A stretch of DNA of 64,000 bases, from the NCBI GenBank assembly GCA_964449195.1, contig CAYUYL010000001.1, positions 289 to 64,288 on the forward strand, read 5' to 3'. The notes below the pieces were generated by a model that made no database searches, was not told the origin of the DNA, and was given only the letters and a program-made list of their open reading frames with translations. The translations under genes were made by a program, and so were the position numbers. This document shows, in pieces, positions 38,879 through 49,005 of the stretch (positions within the stretch are counted from its first letter, which is position 1; every line of letters starts with the position of its first letter). The DNA is from an uncultured Filomicrobium sp. Lineage in GTDB: Bacteria; Pseudomonadota; Alphaproteobacteria; Rhizobiales; Hyphomicrobiaceae.

Positions 38879-40516
38879 TCAGCGGCCTCGAGGCGCAACT
38901 GATATGATATAATTCCACTCGGTCTGACGGTAGCCTGTGTCATAAAAGACGTGTCTCCACGGCGCAATAAACGTGCGAATGGGCAAAGTCAAACCAGCCG
39001 CATCCAAACGCTGGCGCATTGCTTGCCTCGATACTTTAATGCCATGCTTGCCGCCAACCTGCCAAACAACAACATAAGATCCCCCGGCCTGCATCTGCTG
39101 CCAGAGTGTATCCGGATAGGCCTGGCCTGGAACAGAAATTTCAGAGGATGGAAAATACATTCTAAGATTACCGGCAAGATCAGGCTCAAGCCCTACAATA
39201 CGGCCACGTTCAAAGCCTGCCGATTTCAGCTCCAGCGCTAACTGGTCATAAGGAATCCCCCAGCGACACAATTTGCAGAACGGCTCCATGATGAACATGT
39301 TGGCAGCGCGCGCAACAAACGCAAAGGCCAGGACGCTCATGGATATCAGCGCCCAACGCCGGATATCATTGGCGGTTTGTCCGGATTGAAAAATCAACGC
39401 AAATAGTAAAACCAGCGTTGGCAGCATCATGGATAGCAAGTCATGGGAGGCATACTTCACATGTGAGAAAGCCATACCAGCTAATAATAATAATCCGTGT
39501 ACGGCAATAAAGTAGCAGCCGAGGAAGCACAGCAGCGGATACGCGCCCCAACGGATGTCTGGCAAAATATCAAAACGCCTGTTGCAGGCGATACGCCCGA
39601 TAGCTGCAAACAGCAGAAATAGCAATAATGACCAGTAAAAAAGGAATGGCGCAGCAAATGTCTTCTTTATGACACGCCATGCATCAATGCGTGGATCGGG
39701 ATGTGTGAAGGCGCTGTAGACAGACGAGACTATGTTCAAACGTTGCGGATCGCTCACAATCCAAACGATGTGGGGCGCAATCAATACCAGGCAGATCCCC
39801 GCGCTGAGCAGCAACTTAGCGCAAAAGACATGTTCGCGGACATCCCTGACCGCCACAGCCGCCAGCACAAAAGCGCCAAGTCCAATAACAAAGCTATATT
39901 GCGAGAGCAAACCCAAGCCGCAAGCAAAACCAAGCCCCGCATAATCACCAATCCGTTGGCGCTCAACAATACGCAGAATAAATAGCAATACCAACACTGA
40001 GCAAAGCATTGCCGGTATCAATCCGGCAAAGCCTTCGTGGAAGCGCCAGCCAACATGGTAGATCAATGTCAGGGACTCTGCAGTCACAAGCGCCCAGACT
40101 GCGCTTTTCGTAATAGCGTACGCGCACCAAAACAGGGCTCCCACAGTCGCAATTAACAAAGCGTATTTTGCGAGTTGAAAACTAACCAGATACGGCCCTG
40201 TCAAGAGTTGAATGCCATAGATAAGCCATGTGAATAAGGGCGGCTCATCGAGACCGTACCCAAGTGCAAGTTGCTGTGTGTAGAGGTTGATTAATGGGTC
40301 GTCCTCACCCAGATTGGGCGAGGCCAGCACACGTGCAACGATATGTGCAAAACTATATACTGTGACAATTGCAACCGCATACCGGAAACAGTGCTTGGCA
40401 CGTTCGGTTTCGCGACCGTCGCTCCGAGTTGACGGCCGGAAGGCATCCAAAGAAGTTACCATTATTCCATTGCCTATGCTGGCCACCGAAGTGTCATGCC
40501 GGAACCTCAACGTCAA
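38879..40516 (-). CDS. GT-C fold glycosyltransferase (family 39/83, ArnT/PMT-like)
   Basis: About 12 TM segments. First-loop motif GEDDPLINLYTQQLALGYGLDEPPLFTWL resembles the DE..Y...GY.DHPPL signature. A soluble C-terminal domain is present. Confidence 0.75.
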   Translation of the reverse strand: MTLRFRHDTSVASIGNGIMVTSLDAFRPSTRSDGRETERAKHCFRYAVAIVTVYSFAHIVARVLASPNLGEDDPLINLYTQQLALGYGLDEPPLFTWLIYGIQLLTGPYLVSFQLAKYALLIATVGALFWCAYAITKSAVWALVTAESLTLIYHVGWRFHEGFAGLIPAMLCSVLVLLFILRIVERQRIGDYAGLGFACGLGLLSQYSFVIGLGAFVLAAVAVRDVREHVFCAKLLLSAGICLVLIAPHIVWIVSDPQRLNIVSSVYSAFTHPDPRIDAWRVIKKTFAAPFLFYWSLLLFLLFAAIGRIACNRRFDILPDIRWGAYPLLCFLGCYFIAVHGLLLLAGMAFSHVKYASHDLLSMMLPTLVLLFALIFQSGQTANDIRRWALISMSVLAFAFVARAANMFIMEPFCKLCRWGIPYDQLALELKSAGFERGRIVGLEPDLAGNLRMYFPSSEISVPGQAYPDTLWQQMQAGGSYVVVWQVGGKHGIKVSRQAMRQRLDAAGLTLPIRTFIAPWRHVFYDTGYRQTEWNYIISVAPRGR

Positions 40517-40533
40517 TGATAACCACTGTTTGC

Positions 40534-41433
40534 CTAGAACTTGCTACCATCCTGCTGATCTGAAGCGGCAGCATCATCTGCCTGCGGCTCACCTTCGAAA
40601 CTCTCGATATTGTCCAATGTTTCAGCATCGCCGCTCTCCTCCTCAGGACGCCCCATACTCTGCAGACTTGCAAGAACACGTGCCTCTTCCTCAAGTTTAA
40701 CGGCTTCCTCAGCATCCGGGAGGGAGGGTGCTGCTTCTCCGAACACATCATCAGCGGAGATCTGATCACTGTCAGAAAAAAGTTGCTGTTCAATCCCCTC
40801 CGGCGGGCTCATCGGGTTGAAAGCTGTGGTCTCACTGGTTGGCAGCAGCGTGCCGGTCGCCTCTATTGGCGGCAAGCCGGAGGCGATGCGCTCCTTCTCA
40901 CGTTGTTTAACCGCTTTATCTACTTCTTTATCCAGCTCGATCTGCTTGCACAGACCAAGCGTTACGGGATCCTGTGGCACCAGGTTTGCCGAGTTCCAAT
41001 GGCTGCGATCCCGGATCTGCTGAATTGTCGGCTTGGTTGTCCCCACAAGACGACCGATCTGGCTGTCTTTCAGTTCGGGATGGTGCCGCAACAACCAGAC
41101 AACGGCATTGGGGCGATCCTGGCGCCGTGAAACCGGCGTATACCGTGGTTTTTTCTTAGCCTTTGTTGCGGGAATTTTGACTTTAGACGTGATAAGATGG
41201 AGACGCTTATCCGGGTCGTCTTCAGCTTCCTTGATTGATGCGCGCGTCAATTCCCCTGCTGTTACAGGATTTTTGCCACGAATGCTGGCTCCAACATCAC
41301 CGTCAGCGATACCTTTGATTTCAAGAATATGCATCCCACAAAAATTGGCAATTTGTTCAAATGTTAAAGACGTGTTGTCAACAAGCCAAACGGCGGTCGC
41401 CTTCGGCATCAGAGGATAACCAGTATCGCCCAT
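40534..41433 (-). CDS. trcR: DUF1013 protein (cell-cycle transcriptional regulator TrcR family) with an acidic C-terminal tail
   Basis: MPKATAVWLVDNTSLTFEQIANFCGMH..., RQDRPNAVVWLLRHHPELKDSQIGRLVGTTKPTIQQIRDRSHWN. The final roughly 110 aa are Asp/Glu/Ser-rich. Confidence 0.8.
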   Translation of the reverse strand: MGDTGYPLMPKATAVWLVDNTSLTFEQIANFCGMHILEIKGIADGDVGASIRGKNPVTAGELTRASIKEAEDDPDKRLHLITSKVKIPATKAKKKPRYTPVSRRQDRPNAVVWLLRHHPELKDSQIGRLVGTTKPTIQQIRDRSHWNSANLVPQDPVTLGLCKQIELDKEVDKAVKQREKERIASGLPPIEATGTLLPTSETTAFNPMSPPEGIEQQLFSDSDQISADDVFGEAAPSLPDAEEAVKLEEEARVLASLQSMGRPEEESGDAETLDNIESFEGEPQADDAAASDQQDGSKF

Positions 41434-41674
41434 TTATTATTCTCCTCATTATTGCGACACGGCACACGCAACCGCGTGCACAGATAAATTCATATACGTT
41501 TTAAGGGGGGGTAATATTGTTCATATAAGCCGTTATGCGGTTTGGTGCAAGGCGCACACCTTGCAGACGCCGGATAACACTTGGCTTACGCACATCAGAA
41601 TATGAAATTTATTCAAACATGGCAGCTTGTATGATACTTTATGCACGTGTGAAAGTTATCGGAGAGGTGCAATC

Positions 41675-42208
41675 ATGATAGATCCAAATCCGGAAGAACT
41701 TGAGCACTCTTTAATCTGGCAGCATTACTTTCCATTTTCTGCTGGTGCCCAACTTTCAGCCCAACTTACCGTACCTACTCTTTTAGGGCGCGCAACCGCA
41801 AATGGAACTGCAGAAGTCCAAACCAATTCAGCTCGCATGCTGGATTTTGAATTGACTATTCCAAAACAGTGGCTTTCAATCAAACGTGTGCCTGCAAGCC
41901 TTTTAAAGTTTGCAATTGAGTTTCGTGCTGACGGCCTGGGAAACTCCGGAACAATATCCGGCAACCTTGGAGATTACAAAGTTGATGTCGAAGACAATAA
42001 CTTAAGCATACTATCTTATCCAAAATCAAAGCGGCGCCGCATTGATCCTAGCCTTGACTTACCTTCAGGCGATTTAAGATTTGACCTTGTTGAGACATCG
42101 CAGAGCGGCACATCCTCTGTTGAAATTCAGGATATCCAAGGCACCGAGCTGCCATCGGCCTCAACTATCAGAATTTGGAGTGACGCTACAGATCACCGCA
42201 CAACCTAA
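41675..42208 (+). CDS. hypothetical protein (orphan, AT-richer than its neighbours)
   Basis: ATG at 41675 preceded by GGAGAGG. 177 aa, no signal peptide, TM segment or motif recognised. Three 60-nt lines I counted give 24-30 G+C, against about 35 in the flanking trcR. Confidence 0.55.
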   Translation: MIDPNPEELEHSLIWQHYFPFSAGAQLSAQLTVPTLLGRATANGTAEVQTNSARMLDFELTIPKQWLSIKRVPASLLKFAIEFRADGLGNSGTISGNLGDYKVDVEDNNLSILSYPKSKRRRIDPSLDLPSGDLRFDLVETSQSGTSSVEIQDIQGTELPSASTIRIWSDATDHRTT

Positions 42209-42401
42209 TGTTCAGATCAAACGCCTGTGTCCCGTGCGGCGGCCCGCAAGCTTTTGAATTTTGAGCACAGACAAGAACTTAGCTCAAGAATACATGATAC
42301 TCTCATGTATCTATCTGAGCACACTCAAGCCGGCATGATGCTATTGTTGGCTCTTGCACCTATATAGAGAACAAAACAACACTTTTGCAGCTTGGTATCA
42401 G

Positions 42402-43052
42402 ATGTGTAATCTCTATGCACAAACAGCTTCCCGTCAGCTCCTTCTGGAACTTTTTGGTGTTGGCGACAACCGCGCGTGTACGTTCACCTCTCAGGATGCA
42501 ATTTTTCCTGGAAATAATGGAATTACCGTGCGGAATACAAGTGACGGTGTACGTGAGTGCGTCCCAATGAGTTGGGGCTTTGTACTGAATTTAAAAAATC
42601 AGGCGCCGAAACGCGCTACCAATTTTCGTGATGACAAGTTAGACAGTCGCTTCTGGTCTTCCGCATTCAACGAGCGGCGCTGTCTTATCCCCGTTACAAG
42701 CTTTGCCGAACCCAAAGGCAAGAGCCCTGCGACCTGGCATTGGTTTGCACTGAGCAAGCTTCGCGAGCCCTTTTCCTTTGCCGGCATATGGAGCCCCTAC
42801 AAAGGTCAGCTCAAAAAAGATGGAGACACTGTGGAAATCGATGTCTACAGCTTCATGACGACAGCCCCCAATAGCCTTGTGGCGACCATTCACCCGTCAC
42901 GCATGCCGGTTATGCTTGTTGGGAAAGACATGCATGACCAATGGCTCAACGGCAATCCAAACGATGCACGCAAACTGGTGCACAGCTACCCTTCAGAACA
43001 CATGGCAATCATCCAATCCAATGAGGAACGGCGCGACCTTGAAGCGTGCTGA
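42402..43052 (+). CDS. SOS-response-associated peptidase (SRAP/YedK family)
   Basis: Starts MCNLY (Cys2 nucleophile). MSWGF, CLIPVTSFAEP, FAGIW, RMPVML motifs. Confidence 0.88.
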   Translation: MCNLYAQTASRQLLLELFGVGDNRACTFTSQDAIFPGNNGITVRNTSDGVRECVPMSWGFVLNLKNQAPKRATNFRDDKLDSRFWSSAFNERRCLIPVTSFAEPKGKSPATWHWFALSKLREPFSFAGIWSPYKGQLKKDGDTVEIDVYSFMTTAPNSLVATIHPSRMPVMLVGKDMHDQWLNGNPNDARKLVHSYPSEHMAIIQSNEERRDLEAC

Positions 43053-43152
43053 ACTTGCGCCGACCAGGCTCACACAAAACTCTATTGTCTCTGGCTATGA
43101 AAAATGTCAATCCAGAGCCTGTAAAAGGCCCTGGATATCTCTGGTGAAAAGA

Positions 43153-44526
43153 TCAGTTCTGCTTAGCGCTTGTTGTGTCTTGCTTTTTGCCTTCAACGCC
43201 ATCGCTATACTGCCGAGCGGTAATATCTGTTGGCAGTCCGCGCAACTTAGCGATAGCATATTGAAGTTGTGTATCTTTTTCCTTCTCACGCGGCACATAC
43301 GCCATGGAGCCTGACTTTTCCTTACCGTCCTTACTTTCCGTTCTCAGGTGTCCACGCAGGCTTGCCTCGCCGCGCGGCTGGCGATTACCGAGACGCTTTT
43401 TGACATCTTCCGGCAGTTCCTGCTCCACAATCAGATCAGGATCAATACCACGCGCCTGAATTGAACGGCCCAGTGGGGTATAATAGCGAGCTGTCGTTAA
43501 ACGAATTGCACCATTGCTTTCAAGCGGAATAACCGTCTGCACTGATCCCTTACCAAATGATCTCGTGCCGATGATAGTGGCACGCTTATGATCTTGAAGC
43601 GCACCGGCAACAATCTCAGAAGCCGAGGCGGAACCACCGTTAATCAAAACGTAAATCGGCATCCCGTTCGTCAGATCGCCCTGCCTCGCCTGGGCGCGCT
43701 GTGTCTCCTGCAGGTTGCGGCCCTTGGTCAAAACGATTGCGCCGCGCTCTAGAAAATCGTCCGTAACAGCAATCGCCTGGTCAAGCAGACCGCCGGGATT
43801 ATTACGTAAATCGATAATAAACCCTTTTAGCTTGTTGCCAGCGCTGTCTTTAAGGTTTTGCAGACCTTTGGCCAAGTTCGTATGGGTTTGCTCATTGAAT
43901 GTCGAAATTTTGACATATCCAACTTCGCCATCGCCTTCCAGACTTGCCTTAATGGCATTAATCTTGATGATATCCCGGAAAATTTCCAAGTCGAACGCAT
44001 CTTCACGCCCTTCGCGCATGATGGTGATAACGATCGGCGTCTTAACCCGGCCGCGCATCTTTTCAACGGCCTGCTCAAGCGTGAGGCCGGTAATCTGCTC
44101 GCCATCCAAATGCGTGATCAAGTCATTCGCCTGGACACCTGCGCGATGTGCTGGTGTCCCATCAAGCGGTGCCACAACCTTCACAACGCCCTTGTCCATT
44201 GTGACTTCTATGCCAAGACCGCCAAATTCTCCCCGCGTCTGAACCTGCATATCACGAAAATGGCGTGGACTTAGATAAGCGGAGTGGGGATCCAGGGCCG
44301 CCAGCATGCCGTTAATCGCTGATTCGATAAGCTCTGAATCATTGGGTTTTTCAACATAATCGCTACGCACACGTTCAAGGATGTCACCGAAAATATCGAG
44401 CTGTTTATAGATCTCGGAATTCGGAGTTGTGGCAGAGTACGTCTTGGTCACATTCATGATTGTCGTCAAGCTGGCAATACCAGCCATAACCATGAAGCTC
44501 CAGAACGCGAAATCTGACTTGCGCAT
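43153..44526 (-). CDS. ctpA: carboxy-terminal processing protease (S41) with PDZ domain
   Basis: FGGLGIEV, PDZ GDLITHLDG, catalytic LINGGSASASEIVAGAL and TFGKGSVQ. The TAATG overlap with the upstream gene is at 44524-44528. Confidence 0.92.
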   Translation of the reverse strand: MRKSDFAFWSFMVMAGIASLTTIMNVTKTYSATTPNSEIYKQLDIFGDILERVRSDYVEKPNDSELIESAINGMLAALDPHSAYLSPRHFRDMQVQTRGEFGGLGIEVTMDKGVVKVVAPLDGTPAHRAGVQANDLITHLDGEQITGLTLEQAVEKMRGRVKTPIVITIMREGREDAFDLEIFRDIIKINAIKASLEGDGEVGYVKISTFNEQTHTNLAKGLQNLKDSAGNKLKGFIIDLRNNPGGLLDQAIAVTDDFLERGAIVLTKGRNLQETQRAQARQGDLTNGMPIYVLINGGSASASEIVAGALQDHKRATIIGTRSFGKGSVQTVIPLESNGAIRLTTARYYTPLGRSIQARGIDPDLIVEQELPEDVKKRLGNRQPRGEASLRGHLRTESKDGKEKSGSMAYVPREKEKDTQLQYAIAKLRGLPTDITARQYSDGVEGKKQDTTSAKQN

Positions 44527-45956
44527 TAGCTTTGTATCCTATTCTTGTTGTTCTTGATCCACCATGGTTTTGGATCAATAGGTTTCCCATTTTTGCGAAA
44601 TTCAATGTAGAGCACTGGATCTGTCGGCCGCGCGCTCCCGCGGCTAACACCCGCCATCGCTCCGACAGGCTCAGCGGCCAATACAAACTGCCCCAGTTCA
44701 ACATCCAGCCGCGATAGGTTCGCGAGTAAGACATGGTATCCCCCGCCCGCATTGATGATGAGGAGCTGGCCATAACTGCGAAATGCACCAGCGTACACGA
44801 CCCAACCATCACATGGGGACGTCACCGCAGCGCCGTGACGCGTTTTGATAACAATCCCCTTAGATCGCCCGCCACGCGGAGTTGTATCTCCAAAATTAAT
44901 AACACGCGGGCCACGCGCAGGAAAGGGAAGCCGCGCCTTTGCCAATTGAAACGGAATTGCGGGCTCCAAACGGCCTGGACTGGCTGCACGTCCCGGACCG
45001 ACCGGCGCAATCCTGATCAAACTTGTTTGAGAGCCGGTATTAGGTTGAGTTAAGCGGCCTGCAATATCTAACTGTGGCGCGACTGGTTTGGCAGGCGCTA
45101 GGAGGCGGCGTGCAGACGATTTTGCGTCTGCAAGAGCACGCTCAGCAGCCTTGGCAGCCTCTGCTTTTTTACGGTCATAGGCCCCAAGCTTTGTATTGTC
45201 AGCAACAGCTTTATCATTCTTGGCAATACGTTCATTAAGCGAGTCAATTTGGCGTGCTGCGTTTTTGGCTGCTTGGCGAACCTTTTTTAAGTCTTGGCGA
45301 TTGGTAACAAACGACGCTTTTTTAGTTTCGATTAAGGCAGCGAGGCGTGTTTGCTCTGTTTTCAGGCGCTGATCTTCTTTAAGTGTATTTTCCTGGGCAC
45401 GCTTTGTCTCTCTACGCACCGACATAAGAGCAAACAATTCCTCACGGAGCTCTTTGATCTCGCCTTGAAACTTTGGAAACAAATAACGCAGCTGCATGCC
45501 GCTGCGCACCATCGACAAGGCATCGGAGCGGCGCGTCACAATAACTGGAGGAGGATTTCGCCCCATTCTCTGGGCTGCCGCCAAAAGCTTCGAAATCGAC
45601 TTATTTTCAATCGCCAGCTTCTTGCGGATGCGCGTCTCTTTCACACCAAGTTTTTTGAGCTTTTCTTCAAGCTCGGTTAGACGCTGCTCTGTATTTTGTA
45701 CATCCTGCCCGGTATCGATCAATTGCTCATTTAAAGCGGAAAGTTCGGTTTCGATCTGCTTTTTCTGTGCCGTCAGCTGACCTTCGCGCTGCTTACTTGT
45801 TTGAAGCTCAGATTTCTGAACTTGAAGTTTGTCGGAAACAGAGGTCTGAGCCTGAACTGCAATACTGGTAAAAGCGTAGCATATGGATGCAAACATACTT
45901 ACAAAGCAAGCAGCAGCGGGGCTGGCTTTAGCGAATACCGGTTGCTTCATCACCAT
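44526..45956 (-). CDS. murein hydrolase activator, EnvC-like (coiled coil plus M23/LytM domain)
   Basis: Signal peptide, about 250 aa of coiled coil, and a C-terminal M23 fold (GIVIKTRHGAAVTSPCDGWVVYAG...GQLLIINAGGGYHVLLANL). Confidence 0.85.
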   Translation of the reverse strand: MVMKQPVFAKASPAAACFVSMFASICYAFTSIAVQAQTSVSDKLQVQKSELQTSKQREGQLTAQKKQIETELSALNEQLIDTGQDVQNTEQRLTELEEKLKKLGVKETRIRKKLAIENKSISKLLAAAQRMGRNPPPVIVTRRSDALSMVRSGMQLRYLFPKFQGEIKELREELFALMSVRRETKRAQENTLKEDQRLKTEQTRLAALIETKKASFVTNRQDLKKVRQAAKNAARQIDSLNERIAKNDKAVADNTKLGAYDRKKAEAAKAAERALADAKSSARRLLAPAKPVAPQLDIAGRLTQPNTGSQTSLIRIAPVGPGRAASPGRLEPAIPFQLAKARLPFPARGPRVINFGDTTPRGGRSKGIVIKTRHGAAVTSPCDGWVVYAGAFRSYGQLLIINAGGGYHVLLANLSRLDVELGQFVLAAEPVGAMAGVSRGSARPTDPVLYIEFRKNGKPIDPKPWWIKNNKNRIQS

Positions 45957-46403
45957 ATTGCACGTCTGCCTTTCTTAACCGTTAAGGTCTGACAACAAAT
46001 TCGCATGAATATGATATCACGGGCTGGCCACGTTGATCTTTCTTATGCAGAGCAGCCGTAGTTTACAAATCGCACCATACTATCATTAGAAAATTAAGGC
46101 GTTTATGGTGCGGCACCATGATCCACAAATGAATTTGCTCTAAATATAAGATCGACACGTAGATTTATAGTGAATTGAGTAAAATGATCATGAACAATTG
46201 TTAGGGCATGTTGGCGTTTATAAGATGCAGTGGTGAATTTAGATCGATGATTCCCTACTTTTATCGTGCCTTACCGATCAAATGCATGACACATGCGTGT
46301 GCCTGGTAAGCGCATTTCTGAATTCAAGCTTTGATTGCGGCGCCTTATATCCTATTCCGTCCGTCGCATATCAGCAGCTTTCCAAACCGGAGTGATAGAC
46401 AGA

Positions 46404-46592
46404 GTGTCTTACATCTTTGATTATACAGCGACGATTGCCGTTTTTTTTGTGCTTGGTGTTCTACTGGCTGGGCTGTGGACAATGATGCGGGGAAAAAATG
46501 CGAATTTATCTCAAAAATTGATGCGCTGGCGTGTTGGTTTACAATTTGTCGCGATCATTGCCATCATGATCGCGATCTACTTCAGAGGATAA
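46404..46592 (+). CDS. twin-transmembrane-helix small protein (HIG1 domain)
   Basis: IAVFFVLGVLLAGLWTMMRG...SQKLMRWRVGLQFVAIIAIMIAIYF. The ORF is open from 46335. The GTG at 46404 gives the usual size. The start is uncertain. Confidence 0.7.
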   Translation: MSYIFDYTATIAVFFVLGVLLAGLWTMMRGKNANLSQKLMRWRVGLQFVAIIAIMIAIYFRG

Positions 46593-46593
46593 A

Positions 46594-47178
46594 ATGGTTA
46601 CACTCAATAAAATATATACACGTACGGGTGATGACGGGAGCACAGCCCTTGGTACCGGCGAGCGTGTTCGCAAAGACAATCTCAGGGTTACGGCCTACGG
46701 TACGCTAGACGAAACAAACTCGACCATCGGGATTGCGGTCACAGCTCTGACAAAAAAAGACGTGAAGCTGATCACAATACTCCAGCGCATCCAAAATGAT
46801 TTGTTTGATGTTGGCGCCGACCTGTGCGTTCCTGATCGCGGCGAAGAGTTGTCTTATGAGCCGTTGCGGGTCACGGAAGCTCAGGTGGAAAAGCTTGAAC
46901 GTGACATAGACGAACTCAACAGCGATCTTGAGCCGCTCACATCATTTGTGCTGCCCGGTGGTACGCTAGCTGCAGCTGTCCTGCACCAGGCACGCACCGT
47001 ATGCCGCCGCGCAGAGCGGGCTATCGTCACTCTTTCTTCTGAGGACGACGAACCTGTGTCGGCTGAGGCTTTGCGTTACGTCAATCGTCTCTCCGACTTT
47101 TTATTCGTAGCGGCACGCTTTGCCAACAACCGTAGCCAAACGGACGTACTGTGGGTACCCGGTAAAAACAGAGAATAA
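46594..47178 (+). CDS. ATP:cob(I)alamin adenosyltransferase, PduO type
   Basis: IYTRTGDDGSTAL, NDLFDVGADL, LPGG..AAA.LHQARTVCRRAER. Confidence 0.9.
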   Translation: MVTLNKIYTRTGDDGSTALGTGERVRKDNLRVTAYGTLDETNSTIGIAVTALTKKDVKLITILQRIQNDLFDVGADLCVPDRGEELSYEPLRVTEAQVEKLERDIDELNSDLEPLTSFVLPGGTLAAAVLHQARTVCRRAERAIVTLSSEDDEPVSAEALRYVNRLSDFLFVAARFANNRSQTDVLWVPGKNRE

Positions 47179-47391
47179 GGCGCTTACGCGCGCATATCCG
47201 GCTGTTTCTTTCGCAAAGCCCCACTTAATAAGCCAGCCGGAGCTCAATTGGAGACGAACTTACATCTCCTGCGGTCTTTAATAAGACTATTGGGAACTAA
47301 ACAGTTGAGTTTGAACGTGGCGGACAATATCAGCAGAGCTTGAACAATATCATGAAATGAGACCAGATACTATGTTTGCCGGCCATAATTT

Positions 47392-48825
47392 TTAGCTCGG
47401 CAAGTCCGTTTTACCCATAAGGGCTTTATCAACGGCATGAGCCACCTGGCGCCCCTCGCGGATAGCCCAAACAACCAAGGACTGACCGCGGCGCATATCG
47501 CCTGCGGCAAAGACCTTGTCCTTCGAGGTTTGATAATCGCTGTCGTTGGCATGCACGTTGCCACGCTCATCCAACTCAACCTTCATATCAGCGAGCATGC
47601 CCTCATGAACCGGGTTGGTAAAGCCCATCGCCAGCAACACAAGATCGGCCTCAATCGCAAATTCGCTGCCTGCGACCTCTTCTAAGCGGCCCTCTTTAAA
47701 CTCAACACGGCAACAAATCAGCTTATTAACACGGCCCGTGTCATCGCCCTCGAAACGCTTTGTCATGACGGCAAATTCACGCTCAGCACCTTCAGCTTGT
47801 GACGATGATGTCCGCATTTTCATGGGCCAATGCGGCCACGTCAGCTCTTTATTTTCCTGCTCCGGCGGAGCCAGCATGATTTCGAGTTGCACAACTTTTT
47901 CAGCGCCCTGGCGGAATGATGTGCCAATACAGTCCGAACCGGTATCTCCACCACCGATGACGACAACCTTACGGCCCTCGGCAAGTTCTTTTGTGCCTGC
48001 ATCGCTGAGCGGCTCACCAGAAACACGGCGATTTTGCTGCGTTAAAAAATCCATGGCAAAATGAATACCGTCCAGATCACGCCCCGGCACAGGCAAATCG
48101 CGAGGGATCTCAGAGCCGCCAGCCAAAATAACGGCATCGTGAGATTTTGTGATCTCTTCCATTGATCTGTCGATGCCAATATGAACGTTACAGTGGAACG
48201 TTACGCCTTCAGCTTCCATCTGCGCAACACGACGTGCCACGATCGTCTTTTCCAGCTTGAAATCAGGAATGCCGTAGACCATCAAACCACCAGGGCGTGC
48301 ATTTTTCTCAAAAACATGCACATCATGGCCGGCACGCGCCAATTGCTGAGCCGCAGAAAGACCTGCAGGCCCCGAACCAATCACAGCCACAGTCTTGCTG
48401 GTTTTAACCTCTGCCGGTTGCGGCTCAATCCAATCTTCGTCCCATGCTCTGTCTGCAATCGCACGCTCAATTGTTTTAATGGCAACCGCAGAATCCGTAT
48501 AATATAATGTACAGCCTGTTTCGCAGGGTGCCGGACAGACGCGGCCGGTAATCTCAGGAAAATTATTTGTCGAATGAAGATTGCGTGATGCTGTCTTCCA
48601 ATCACCATTATAGACGAGGTCATTCCAGTCAGGGATCTGATTATGAACCGGACATTGGCTATGGCAATATGGAATACCGCAATCCATACAACGCGCAGCC
48701 TGATCGCGTGTTTTTTTCTCGCTCAGCGGAACGACAAATTCTTGCCAATGCTTGGTCCGCTCCGCCACCGGTTTATAAGAACTGTCTTCACGCTCGATTT
48801 CCAAAAAACCAGTGACTTTGCCCAT
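47392..48825 (-). CDS. gltD: glutamate synthase small subunit
   Basis: The likely start is [13 protein letters not shown] at 48825. Fe-S Cys clusters CMDCGIPYC and [21 protein letters not shown]. Confidence 0.93.
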   Translation of the reverse strand: MGKVTGFLEIEREDSSYKPVAERTKHWQEFVVPLSEKKTRDQAARCMDCGIPYCHSQCPVHNQIPDWNDLVYNGDWKTASRNLHSTNNFPEITGRVCPAPCETGCTLYYTDSAVAIKTIERAIADRAWDEDWIEPQPAEVKTSKTVAVIGSGPAGLSAAQQLARAGHDVHVFEKNARPGGLMVYGIPDFKLEKTIVARRVAQMEAEGVTFHCNVHIGIDRSMEEITKSHDAVILAGGSEIPRDLPVPGRDLDGIHFAMDFLTQQNRRVSGEPLSDAGTKELAEGRKVVVIGGGDTGSDCIGTSFRQGAEKVVQLEIMLAPPEQENKELTWPHWPMKMRTSSSQAEGAEREFAVMTKRFEGDDTGRVNKLICCRVEFKEGRLEEVAGSEFAIEADLVLLAMGFTNPVHEGMLADMKVELDERGNVHANDSDYQTSKDKVFAAGDMRRGQSLVVWAIREGRQVAHAVDKALMGKTDLPS

Positions 48826-49005
48826 GGTTCGTTTCCTAAATATTTTAAATGGCGAATTCAGCGGCACGTGAATGCCGGACTTGCAAACAAGATAAATCCC
48901 CCGCAGCACGATTGTACCGCAGATTTAATGAGACCTAGCGGCAACAACCAGACCAACCTATAGCGGATCGATGAATGATGCCTTTTTTATACGCTGCTGC
49001 CAACG

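Noticed and set aside
41434-43152. Defence island or prophage remnant around the SRAP gene
   Set aside because: No integrase, att-like direct repeats, tRNA target, or nuclease, ATPase or toxin genes were found. Only one orphan ORF plus the SRAP gene is present.
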